42,731 nt of DNA, from positions 1 to 42,731 of the forward strand of contig CAYJQF010000004.1 in assembly GCA_964372375.1 (NCBI GenBank), written 5' to 3'. Source of the DNA: Candidatus Woesearchaeota archaeon. Its GTDB lineage: Archaea > Nanobdellota > Nanobdellia > Pacearchaeales > GW2011-AR1. The notes beneath the pieces were generated by a model. It saw only the letters and a program-made list of their open reading frames with translations, did no database searches and was not told the origin of the DNA. Of this stretch, positions 7,702 to 16,011 are shown piece after piece; positions within the stretch are counted from its first letter, which is position 1, and each line of letters opens with the position of its first letter. A program made the translations under genes and the position numbers.

Positions 7702-8778
7702 ATGCAAAGAGGTGTGGTGCACAAAGGTGTAGGAAGTGCTAGCAAGCTCACACCTTTTTTTATTCTGCCCCGCAAATCTAAATATTGCGGCATGTCACGT
7801 TCAGATGCAGATGATGTCGCTAGTGCTAATGATCGCATTGCTAAAATGAATCATTCTATGATTTATACCGGTATACAGGCTGCTCTTTTTGGGGGAAGAG
7901 TAACGCATCCGTTCAAAAGTGAGATGCAGTTGCTTTTTAAAGAATCTGTGCCTTTACAATTTAGGCCAGATATTATTCATCCTAGAAAAAGAGGTGTTGT
8001 TTATACTGAAGTAAAAACAAGCAATCAGAAAGATCCTCGATTCTCTTTCCATGAAAATCAAATTGGATTGTATGCTCTTGGCCTTCTTCAGCGATTAGAG
8101 TGTGGAGATTACTCCCCCGGAGTTACTTTTGCCTTCTTTAAATATTGTCTTCCTCCTGAACAAACGCTCAATACTTTGACTCCTGGAGGATTAGCAAGGA
8201 ATGTTGCACAAAATACTCATTCATTAACGGTTATTCCTTTGAACCTCTTTCTTTTTGCTTATATGCTCGGAAGAAGTGAAGATAGAGATCATTCTACTTC
8301 TAAATATGGAATGGGAGGCATGTCATGTTACCGAGATATACCTGCTTCTTTAATAACTGTTCTTAGTCAACAAGATGAAAATCGTAACGACCCATTTATT
8401 AGAGATTTTTCAATTATGGCTTTTGCTGAGCAATATAAGACAAGACTGGAAGATACGTATCATAAAAAAAGTAGAGGAAAATTATCTGATCTTTTTCCCA
8501 CTTCTTGGCTACGAAGAAAGAAAGATTCGCTTGAATCCGCAGTTGATTTTGCCGGAGAGCATTTAGGCCTTGATAATTTACAAATCCAGAAATTCAAAGC
8601 CTCAGGTCTTACCTTACATCCGAAATCTATTGGCTATGTAGTACAACCATTTCCTGTGACAGATTATACTGCTAGTGCCCAGGTACATACTTACACTGCT
8701 TGGCTGAATCATTTCCAGTGTGCGCCTGAACGTATATTGCGTAAAGTCAAAATAGTTCTTCCTGATGTTCCGTTTTAA
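7702..8778 (+). CDS. RecB/Cas4-like PD-(D/E)xK nuclease-fold protein with an uncharacterised C-terminal half
   Basis: RPD(90)IIHPRKRGVVYTE(103)VK(105)TS...ENQ(120)IGLY(124)ALGLL gives D...ExK plus QxxxY in the spacing seen in RecB-family nucleases. There is no Cas4-type Cys cluster. A TATA box (atttaatata) lies upstream. Confidence 0.55.
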   Translation: MQRGVVHKGVGSASKLTPFFILPRKSKYCGMSRSDADDVASANDRIAKMNHSMIYTGIQAALFGGRVTHPFKSEMQLLFKESVPLQFRPDIIHPRKRGVVYTEVKTSNQKDPRFSFHENQIGLYALGLLQRLECGDYSPGVTFAFFKYCLPPEQTLNTLTPGGLARNVAQNTHSLTVIPLNLFLFAYMLGRSEDRDHSTSKYGMGGMSCYRDIPASLITVLSQQDENRNDPFIRDFSIMAFAEQYKTRLEDTYHKKSRGKLSDLFPTSWLRRKKDSLESAVDFAGEHLGLDNLQIQKFKASGLTLHPKSIGYVVQPFPVTDYTASAQVHTYTAWLNHFQCAPERILRKVKIVLPDVPF

Positions 8779-9851
8779 GCATTTTTTGCTACATCGTCCA
8801 TAGAGAATACTTTGCCTTGTTCACCTGTATATATTCTTCTTTTGAGGAAACGGACTGCTTCAAAGGCACCATCAACATACACTGCTCTGCCATTGATGTT
8901 ATGTCTTACGGTCAATTCAGTGTCTCCATCATCATACATTTCAATCAGCACGTTACCGTTGGGAGCGGTTGCTGTCATTTTTAAGTCTTCCTCATCAATT
9001 TTATACCCTTTGAGTGCTGGATTATTTGTAAAAAACCATAGTTTTAATTCACTTTGGAGAAGATGTCGTGCGTCCGCTTCATCTGGTGAAGGCGCAATAA
9101 AGGTATACCTGTGCCAGCCATGACCGTCAAGATGTTCTGCTGGAATGCCCATTCTCAATTGCGTTTCTCTATCTCTTATCATTACGAACGTATTTTCATA
9201 CGCTCGAGGATTAGCCATAATTGCTTGAGCATCATACGGACAACCCTCTATCCCTAGTTTTCCAAATGATTCTGATAATTTAATTGCAGTTCCACTTGGG
9301 TCTGCTTTTCCTTTAAATTCTGGTCTCGCAGGATCAGGTCCTTGATGACTTTCTGTTATTTTAAGTTTATAACCTCTCATTGAGCCTGGATTTTCTCTGG
9401 CAAATGTGGAAAAGAATGCCTGCAAGGAAACAATAGGTGCTGCCAAATTAGGCGCAATGACGGCGCAGGTACGTGATGCTCGTACTTGCTCTTCCAAGAG
9501 AGTACGATTGCCGCCAGTAGTTGCCATAACAAATGGAATTCCATGTTTGCAGTAAAAAGCGGCATTGTCATTAACTGCTTCTGGATTGGTAACATCAATT
9601 GCTATACATCCTGGATTCAATATCTTAATATGCGGCATCAGGGTTTCTCTTATTGCAGGAGAGACCACTTGTACATAATTGTCGAATGCTGTACCTTCTT
9701 TTCCCTCGCGAGCAAGAGAAAAAGGAACTAGTTTTAAGTCTTCATCTTTGAGTGCTATTTTACTCGTAACACATTTGGCAAGAAGCGTACCCATCTTACC
9801 CTGACCGTTAATCATGACGTTAATTGGCATGTCTTTCTTGCTTTTCTTCAT
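8775..9851 (-). CDS. dapB: 4-hydroxy-tetrahydrodipicolinate reductase, plant/chlamydial-type DapB family
   Basis: MINGQGKMG (NAD(P) loop), DVTNPEAVNDNAAFYCKHGIPFVMATTGG, ESHQ...KADPSGTA and PAEHLDGHGWHRYTF match the long DapB subtype. The true start may be Met8 (9830), which sits ~22 nt downstream of tctttaaata. Confidence 0.75.
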   Translation of the reverse strand: MKKSKKDMPINVMINGQGKMGTLLAKCVTSKIALKDEDLKLVPFSLAREGKEGTAFDNYVQVVSPAIRETLMPHIKILNPGCIAIDVTNPEAVNDNAAFYCKHGIPFVMATTGGNRTLLEEQVRASRTCAVIAPNLAAPIVSLQAFFSTFARENPGSMRGYKLKITESHQGPDPARPEFKGKADPSGTAIKLSESFGKLGIEGCPYDAQAIMANPRAYENTFVMIRDRETQLRMGIPAEHLDGHGWHRYTFIAPSPDEADARHLLQSELKLWFFTNNPALKGYKIDEEDLKMTATAPNGNVLIEMYDDGDTELTVRHNINGRAVYVDGAFEAVRFLKRRIYTGEQGKVFSMDDVAKNA

Positions 9852-9947
9852 TATTTAAAGATTATTGTGGTTAGAAGGGCGATTATGCCTAAGCGATAGA
9901 ATTGCTTTTCTAGTAGTTTTTAAATAATCTAAAGAGTAGTTAATGCT

Positions 9948-10205
9948 ATGTATCAAATAAGTACTGCCAATACAAAAACTGAAAAAAGATTACGGGAATA
10001 TCTTTTCTTACGAAGCGATATAAAGGATAAACTAAATAGGCTAAAGAGCGAGCCCAGAAAGGCAAACGTAGCTCATCCATTGCACGGAAAGTTAGAAGGG
10101 AAATGGGCTTGTTGGCTCGGCTCGAATATACGTTTAATTTATCTGATAGATGATGAAAGAAAATTACTACTTATTTTAGCAGTTGGTAGTCATAAGATAT
10201 ACTAA
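9948..10205 (+). CDS. RelE/ParE-family type II toxin
   Basis: HPLHGKLEGKWACWLGSNIRLIYLIDDERKLLLILAVGSHKIY is the typical RelE/StbE C-terminal pattern. 85 aa. Confidence 0.75.
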   Translation: MYQISTANTKTEKRLREYLFLRSDIKDKLNRLKSEPRKANVAHPLHGKLEGKWACWLGSNIRLIYLIDDERKLLLILAVGSHKIY

Positions 10206-10429
10206 TATTTGAATATCTTGATTTTTCTCCTTTTTATGTTCTTCTCACTTGCTTTTATCTGACTCATCAAGTCTTTGTCTTCTACTATTTCTTTTTCCTC
10301 CAATCTTCTTATTTTGTCTCTTATTGCTTCTCTTATAAATTCGGTTTTTGTCATATAATTATGTTTTTTCATAACTTTTTCTATGGCTGTTAGAAAGTTC
10401 TCTTCCATCTTTAAGCTTACATTTTCCAT
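10202..10429 (-). CDS. ribbon-helix-helix (CopG-like) protein, putative antitoxin
   Basis: An N-terminal beta strand (VSLKMEENFL) and two helices ending TKTEFIREAIRDKIRRLEE give an RHH signature. 75 aa. Confidence 0.7.
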   Translation of the reverse strand: MENVSLKMEENFLTAIEKVMKKHNYMTKTEFIREAIRDKIRRLEEKEIVEDKDLMSQIKASEKNIKRRKIKIFKY

Positions 10430-10430
10430 C

Positions 10431-10462
10431 GTAGTATTAAGTATTACTTAGTAGTATTTAAG
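10431..10462 (-). promoter_or_regulatory. promoter with direct-repeat operator candidate for the RHH gene
   Basis: GTAGTATTAAG (10431-10441) and GTAGTATTTAAG (10451-10462) repeat with a 20-bp period. On the minus strand the distal copy carries the TATA box (CTTAAATAC) and the proximal copy abuts the ATG. Confidence 0.45.
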
Positions 10463-10555
10463 ACTTTTGATTCATTCCACCACTGCTTTTATCCTTTTCT
10501 ACAAGCTTTCTTAGAAAGAAACCTTCTAGGAGTTCAAAGAACTATTATTGAGCCA

Positions 10556-12346
10556 TCATTCGACGATGGCTTTTATACGGCGAATTCCTGCTGAAACTGA
10601 TTCTTCCTTGATGATTTTGAATTTTCCTATTTCTTTTGTGTTGGAGACATGGGGGCCAGTGCAGAATTCCTTGCTAAACCAGCCCTTGCTTTCTTTTTTG
10701 TCTTGAATGGTATAGACTGAAACCAGTTCTGGGTACTTTGTATTAAACTCGTGCTGCGCTCCAGAGGAAATTGCCTGTTCAACGGGAATTTCTTCTCTAA
10801 GTATATTTAGTCCATCCTTGATATTCTTATTTACTAGACTTTCTATACTGGCTATTTCATCAGAAGTTAATTTCCTGGGGAAATTAAAGTCAAAGCGGAG
10901 ACGCTCGGGGGTAATATTTGAGCCTTTTTGCTTGATATCTTTGGAAAGAACTTGCCTCAGAGCTTCGTTGAGAAGGTGAGTAGCAGTGTGAAGCTTTTTG
11001 CTTTGCTCAGAGTCATCTGCGAGGCCTGACTTGAACATTCCAGAGGATGCAGTTCTTGACAGGTCTTGGTGACGCTTGAATTCTTCATTATATTCTTCCA
11101 GGTCAACTTCGATGTTTTTCTCCTGAGCTAATTCTTTGGTGAATTCAATGGGAAAGCCATAGCTCTGGAAGAGCAGGAAGGCTTCTTTTCCCGTTAGTAT
11201 TTTTTCTTTTCTATTTTCTAGTAATTCTAAGAACTTTTTTAATCCTTTATCTAAGGTGATGTTAAACTTAGATTCTTCCTCGTTTAATTGCTCAGTAATG
11301 AATTGGTGATGTGCATGCAGTTCTTGATAGTCTGGATAGACTGGTAAAATAGATTTTGCAATTTTTGAAGTAAATATGTCTTTTATGCCAAGTAGTTTGC
11401 CGTATCTGACTGCTCTTCGTATTAATCTGCGCAAAACATAGCCCCGGCCGATATTGGATGGCTTTATTGCCTGTTGGTCACCAAGAATAAATACTGCTGC
11501 TCTGATGTGATCTGCAACGATGCGCATACTTCTTGTGTCTTCCTTGCTTTTCCCATATTTTTTCTTGGAAAGCAGTTCTATTTCTTTTATAATGGGCTGG
11601 AAAATGGACGTTTGGTAATTATCGTCTGAACCAGTGAGCACTGCCAAGGTTCGTTCAACTCCCATACCGGTGTCAACATTCTTTTGTTTTAAGGGGAGGT
11701 ATTCGTCGTTTTTTGTTTTTTCATACTGCATGAAGACGTCATTCCAGATTTCTACCCAGTTTTCATCTTCAGGATTGAATTTCTTCGGTGCTTTTTTTCC
11801 TGCATAATAAAACATCTCAGTGTCGGGGCCGCACGGGCCAGTTGCTCCTGCCGGACCCCACCAATTGTTTGTTTTCGGAAGAAATGCTATCCTTGCTTTT
11901 TGAATACCTACAGACATCCAGATATTTGCTGATTCTTCGTCTTTTCCAGCTGTTTCATCTCCTGCAAAACAGCTTATGGCCAGTTTTTCCAAGGGTATGT
12001 TGAGGACAGAAGTCAGAAAGTCAAAGCTCATTTTGATTGCTTCTTTTTTGAAGTAATCTCCTAATGACCAGTTGCCGAGCATTTCAAAGAACGTGTGATG
12101 CACAGAATCTCCAACTTCATCGATGTCTTGCGTGCGGATGCATTTCTGAATTGAGCAGAGACGTTTACCTAGAGGATGTTTTTCTCCGAGAAGGAAGGGA
12201 ACGAGCGGGTGCATGCCTGCGGTGGTGAATAAAACAGTAGGGTCATTTTCCGGAATAAGAGAAGATGAAGGGATATGGCGATGTTTATATTTTTTGAAGA
12301 ATTCAATATACTTCTTAATTAGCTGCTGTCTTGTCTGTATGTCCAT
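10556..12346 (-). CDS. alaS: alanyl-tRNA synthetase, bacterial-type, lacking the C-Ala domain
   Basis: NDPTVLFTTAGMHPLVPFLLG, HHTFFEMLGNWSLGDYFK, and the editing-domain zinc motifs HTATHLL and CTGPHV. It ends right after the editing domain at 596 aa. Confidence 0.9.
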   Translation of the reverse strand: MDIQTRQQLIKKYIEFFKKYKHRHIPSSSLIPENDPTVLFTTAGMHPLVPFLLGEKHPLGKRLCSIQKCIRTQDIDEVGDSVHHTFFEMLGNWSLGDYFKKEAIKMSFDFLTSVLNIPLEKLAISCFAGDETAGKDEESANIWMSVGIQKARIAFLPKTNNWWGPAGATGPCGPDTEMFYYAGKKAPKKFNPEDENWVEIWNDVFMQYEKTKNDEYLPLKQKNVDTGMGVERTLAVLTGSDDNYQTSIFQPIIKEIELLSKKKYGKSKEDTRSMRIVADHIRAAVFILGDQQAIKPSNIGRGYVLRRLIRRAVRYGKLLGIKDIFTSKIAKSILPVYPDYQELHAHHQFITEQLNEEESKFNITLDKGLKKFLELLENRKEKILTGKEAFLLFQSYGFPIEFTKELAQEKNIEVDLEEYNEEFKRHQDLSRTASSGMFKSGLADDSEQSKKLHTATHLLNEALRQVLSKDIKQKGSNITPERLRFDFNFPRKLTSDEIASIESLVNKNIKDGLNILREEIPVEQAISSGAQHEFNTKYPELVSVYTIQDKKESKGWFSKEFCTGPHVSNTKEIGKFKIIKEESVSAGIRRIKAIVE

Positions 12347-12376
12347 AGAGAAGAAATACGGAGAAGCTATATAAAA

Positions 12377-12700
12377 TTATTGTAACTGTTCCAACTTCTT
12401 GCGGATTGTCTCTAGTTCATCTTCTAGAGAATGGTGCTTGATAGATGGTTGCAGCATCAGGTGCTCTTTCTCAAGCTTGATAGATGCTTGTGGCAACGCT
12501 TTGTCTAGCAGCATCAATGCCTCTTGCACTTCATCTAGTTTGTTTTTGACTGCAATTTTTAAGGTGAGTTCTTCATTTCTTGTTTGTTTGTATGTCTGAA
12601 GGTGTTTTAACGAAGTTAAGATGTTCAATTGTGTTTCGAGAAGTGTTTTTTGACCCGTTCGGACTTCTCTTTGTGCAAACCGAATATATTCTGAGCTCAT
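12377..12700 (-). CDS. hypothetical coiled-coil protein
   Basis: 107 aa with heptad-like Leu/Glu/Lys periodicity. Its ATG shares one nucleotide with the upstream gene's TGA. Confidence 0.5.
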   Translation of the reverse strand: MSSEYIRFAQREVRTGQKTLLETQLNILTSLKHLQTYKQTRNEELTLKIAVKNKLDEVQEALMLLDKALPQASIKLEKEHLMLQPSIKHHSLEDELETIRKKLEQLQ

Positions 12701-13257
12701 CAGAGTTTCTCAAAAATGGTCTGGGAGACTTCCCGTATTTTTGCCTTTACTGATGCAATCTCTTTTTCCCAGGCACTTAATTCTTGTTCTTCCCGCATCC
12801 GAGTCTCCCTGATTTTTTTTAGTAAGGTATCGATATCATTAATTTTTTGTTGCGCGGTAAGAAGCGATTTTCGCGCAGTGTTGAATTTATCAATCTTAAC
12901 GAACACTTCTCCTGCTCGTGGCTCGTTCATAAGTTGTTTCTTGGTTGAAATGGGAGGAGGTAAGAAGGTCTCAGTGCCTACTTCTACTGTTTTAAATGTT
13001 TTTTCACTACTTGCTGAATGAGTTTCCTCCATGTCATTGGTGACTGCATCTTTTATTACTGCTTGCGAGAAACTGCGACGTATCGGAGAATCAGGAAATG
13101 AAGGCAAGCCGTGTTTTTCCATGGTATCAGCTTCATCTTCCTGCTCAGGAATATCAGAAGGGATGGTAAATCCTGTTTGCAAGAGTGGAGTTTTGAGCGG
13201 AGGAAGGTCTGGAAGGGTTTTCTTTTCTTCTTTTTTACTCCAGAACATGACCATCAT
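12700..13257 (-). CDS. hypothetical protein with a Pro/acidic N-terminal half and a C-terminal coiled coil
   Basis: 185-aa ORF. The C-terminal VFVKIDKFNTARK...LLKKIRETRMREEQELSAWEKEI is strongly helical. No family was recognised. Confidence 0.5.
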   Translation of the reverse strand: MMVMFWSKKEEKKTLPDLPPLKTPLLQTGFTIPSDIPEQEDEADTMEKHGLPSFPDSPIRRSFSQAVIKDAVTNDMEETHSASSEKTFKTVEVGTETFLPPPISTKKQLMNEPRAGEVFVKIDKFNTARKSLLTAQQKINDIDTLLKKIRETRMREEQELSAWEKEIASVKAKIREVSQTIFEKL

Positions 13258-13347
13258 CTTTGATGCTAATTTATATAGGTTTATATTAATTAAAGAATAG
13301 TAACAGAAATTAGAAACATTTTTAATAGAATCTTTGATGAGAGAAGC

Positions 13348-14061
13348 ATGCAGGTTGCACTTCTTAAAAATATTGTTGCTTCTATTGCAGGCACTAGTGC
13401 AGGAGGCATTGTTGACTTGTTATATGGAAAAAAAAATGTCAATGAGTTTCTCATTGCAAAGAAACTGAAGCTCACGATCAATCAGACACGAAATATTCTC
13501 TATAAGCTTGCTGACGAAGGCTTAGTCAGCTTTGTACGCAAGAAAGACAGTAAAAAAGGAGGGTGGTATACCTATTTTTGGACTCTCAATTCTGGAAAAA
13601 GCTTGCTCAAGTTTAAAGACACGTTGGAGAAGAATGCTGCACAGCTTCGGCAACAGGTTGAATTCAGGAAACAGGGGAAATTTTTCTACTGCTCAAACTG
13701 TAACATTGAATTTAATGAAGAGAGTGCGCTCGTTCATGTTTATTCATGCCCTGAATGCGGCGAAGTACTACAGGTTAAGGATATGAGTGTCGAAGTTAGT
13801 GCATTTGAAAAAGAACTTGCTAAGCTCCAAGCGGTGCTTGCTACGGTGAATGAAGAAGTATCTCTCATTACTGCTCAAGAAGAAAAGACGCGCACTCGCA
13901 GAGTAAAGGCTGAGCTTCGCAAGAAGGTTAAGGAGCGGGCGTTGCAGCGCAAGAAACGATTGCTTGAATTGAAAAAACAGCATCGACTGAAAGTTCGTGC
14001 GCGTAACCGCGCTAAACATGTGCTTCGAAAAGGTAAAAAGCGCTTGTCGCGCCGGCGATAA
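13348..14061 (+). CDS. tfe: transcription factor E (TFIIE-alpha homolog) with a long basic C-terminal tail
   Basis: Winged helix (EFLIAKKLKLTINQTRNILYKLADEGLVSF) and zinc ribbon (CSNC...CPEC). The last ~70 aa are Lys/Arg-rich. Confidence 0.85.
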   Translation: MQVALLKNIVASIAGTSAGGIVDLLYGKKNVNEFLIAKKLKLTINQTRNILYKLADEGLVSFVRKKDSKKGGWYTYFWTLNSGKSLLKFKDTLEKNAAQLRQQVEFRKQGKFFYCSNCNIEFNEESALVHVYSCPECGEVLQVKDMSVEVSAFEKELAKLQAVLATVNEEVSLITAQEEKTRTRRVKAELRKKVKERALQRKKRLLELKKQHRLKVRARNRAKHVLRKGKKRLSRRR

Positions 14062-14906
14062 TGTCTCTTTCTACTGTCCGTTTTGTAGGCGGCAGGCTGG
14101 CAAAAAATATAAGCACGACAGCATGGCTTATCATCTTCAATATATTTTTATTTTTTATTTTTACGATTGTTTTGGCTTTCAAACCTGCTTTGCTTTCTTA
14201 TATCGAGTTGCAACCAAGCACGATTATTCAGGGAAAAGCATTATGGACGTTAGTAACGAGTATGTTTATGCACCAGGGCGGGTTTCATCTCTTTGTGAAT
14301 ATGCTCTCACTTTTTTTTATTGGAGGCTTTTGTGAGCGCCTTGTTGGGAAGAAGCGTTTTTTGAGCCTGTACTTGGCAGCAGGCATTATTGCCGCGCTGG
14401 TATTTGTGTTGGGAGCATATGCGGGAAGTTTTGTCTCTTGGGGGCCTCGAGTGCTTGGAGGGATAGAAGATAGCGCCGCCGGGGCTTCGGGCGCGCTTTT
14501 TGGATTACTTGGCGTGTTGGCCATGCTCTTGCCTTATCATCGCGTTTATCTTATCGTAGGACCGTTAGTCGTGTTACTTGCTCAAGTCCTTATCTATCCG
14601 CTCATTCCTGCACAAGCGGGAGCAGCTTTCTTGGTATTCATGAATATTCTCATGTTTGTTTCCCTGTTTGCTCTTTTCTCCAAGAATCCTCATATACGAG
14701 TGTTTGCTGTACCGCTTGCGTTACCGATGTGGCTCGCTCCGGTCATTGCCCTTGTTCCGCTCTTTTTAGTTAGTTTTCTGGTGAGGCTGCCTATTGGCAA
14801 TACTGCACATCTGGGTGGGCTGTTAGTTGGGCTTGCATATGGGTGGTACCTCCGCCTGCGCTATCCTCAGAAAATCCTCCTTTTACGGAGGTTTTTTGGC
14901 TCATGA
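14061..14906 (+). CDS. rhomboid-family intramembrane serine protease
   Basis: FMHQGGFHLFVNMLSLFFIG, GASGALFGLLG (catalytic Ser) and a later AHLGGLLVG (His). The ATG shares one nucleotide with the tfe TAA. Confidence 0.85.
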   Translation: MSLSTVRFVGGRLAKNISTTAWLIIFNIFLFFIFTIVLAFKPALLSYIELQPSTIIQGKALWTLVTSMFMHQGGFHLFVNMLSLFFIGGFCERLVGKKRFLSLYLAAGIIAALVFVLGAYAGSFVSWGPRVLGGIEDSAAGASGALFGLLGVLAMLLPYHRVYLIVGPLVVLLAQVLIYPLIPAQAGAAFLVFMNILMFVSLFALFSKNPHIRVFAVPLALPMWLAPVIALVPLFLVSFLVRLPIGNTAHLGGLLVGLAYGWYLRLRYPQKILLLRRFFGS

Positions 14907-15460
14907 GAGTGCTCACTCAAGCAAGGAAGTATTTGTATGAAACGAGGTTTTTTATTCTTGGTATTGTCGTACTCTTTGCTGTAAGTGCTTTCTTTGGCTT
15001 TATCTTTGCCAAGCACCTCTCCTTTCTTGATGCCTTTCTTCTTGAGCTCCTTGCTAAGACTGCAGGATTGGGCATAGGGGCACTTATTAGCTTTATTTTC
15101 TTCAACAATGTGCAGAGCGCACTCTTCGGTCTACTCTTCGGAATTTTCTTTGGTATTTTTCCTCTCTTGACTTCACTTGTGAACGGCTTGGTATTAGGGT
15201 ATGTGTTTCATCGAGTGTATGCGATAACGGGCATTCATGAGTTCTGGAGAATTCTCCCTCATGGGATTTTTGAGTTGCCTGCAGTATTCATTGCACTTGG
15301 TTTAGGCCTGCGATTAGGAATGTTTCTCTTTTCTAAGAAACCCTTACACACTCTCAAAGAACGCTTCATCCTTTCCCTTGTTTTGTTTTTAGCAGTGATA
15401 GTGCCTTTACTGATTATTGCAGCCATCATAGAAGGCATTTTAATTTCCTGGTATACGTAA
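14904..15460 (+). CDS. SpoIIM-like (DUF95) membrane protein
   Basis: ILPHGIFELPAVFIALGLGLRLG is the family hallmark. ATG 14904 overlaps the rhomboid TGA (ATGA). Confidence 0.7.
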
Positions 15461-15490
15461 GTTTTAAAACTCCTTTGCTTACACCAGACT

Positions 15491-16009
15491 ATGGAGATAC
15501 GAAAAGAGAGCGTTGAGGAAATTGATGAGGAATTAGAAGCCGAAGCACAACGTAAAGTTGAAGCAGCGCTCTTCATTGCTGGCAGATTTATGAGTGTACC
15601 GGAGCTGGTGGCATTAACTGATGTGAATCCTCTCTTATTAAAGAAAATATTAAGCGATCTTAGAGACCTGTTTGCTTCTCGAGGTATTGAACTTGTGCAA
15701 AAAGATACCTTGTGGAAAATGGATGTTGCATCTGAATATGCCTGGATGGTGAACAAACTTGCTACCGGAAGCGCGGAATTCAGCAAGGCAGAACAGGAGA
15801 CGCTCGCCATTATTGCCTATAAGCAGCCCATGAAACAGTCGGTCTTGGTAAAAATACGAGGGAATAAGGCATACGATCATGTTGCGACGTTTGTTTCTAT
15901 GGGCTTGATCCATAAGAAGCGGACTGGCCATACTGCTGAATTAACATTGAGCGAGAGTTTCTATGATTATTTCCATCTGCACCGGACTGATGCATTACTG
16001 GAGCATTAA
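15491..16009 (+). CDS. scpB: segregation and condensation protein B
   Basis: EAALFIAGRFMSVPELV and SKAEQETLAIIAYKQPMKQSVLVKIRG are the two ScpB winged-helix blocks. Confidence 0.85.
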   Translation: MEIRKESVEEIDEELEAEAQRKVEAALFIAGRFMSVPELVALTDVNPLLLKKILSDLRDLFASRGIELVQKDTLWKMDVASEYAWMVNKLATGSAEFSKAEQETLAIIAYKQPMKQSVLVKIRGNKAYDHVATFVSMGLIHKKRTGHTAELTLSESFYDYFHLHRTDALLEH

Positions 16010-16011
16010 CC

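Noticed and set aside
8812-9123. 103-aa plus-strand ORF and similar 60-130-aa ORFs antisense to dapB, the GT4 genes, wzy, lig, trpC and tbp
   Set aside because: All lie wholly within and opposite to genes with strong family motifs. None has a promoter box, and all have shadow-frame composition.
14843-14903. N-terminal extension of the SpoIIM-like ORF into the rhomboid gene
   Set aside because: The extension overlaps the rhomboid C-terminus by 64 nt. The ATGA-coupled ATG at 14904 gives a normal N-terminus (MRVLTQARK...).
15259-15810. 183-aa minus-strand ORF spanning the spoIIM-like/scpB junction
   Set aside because: It is antisense to two genes with clear family motifs and has a Ser/Ala-rich shadow composition.
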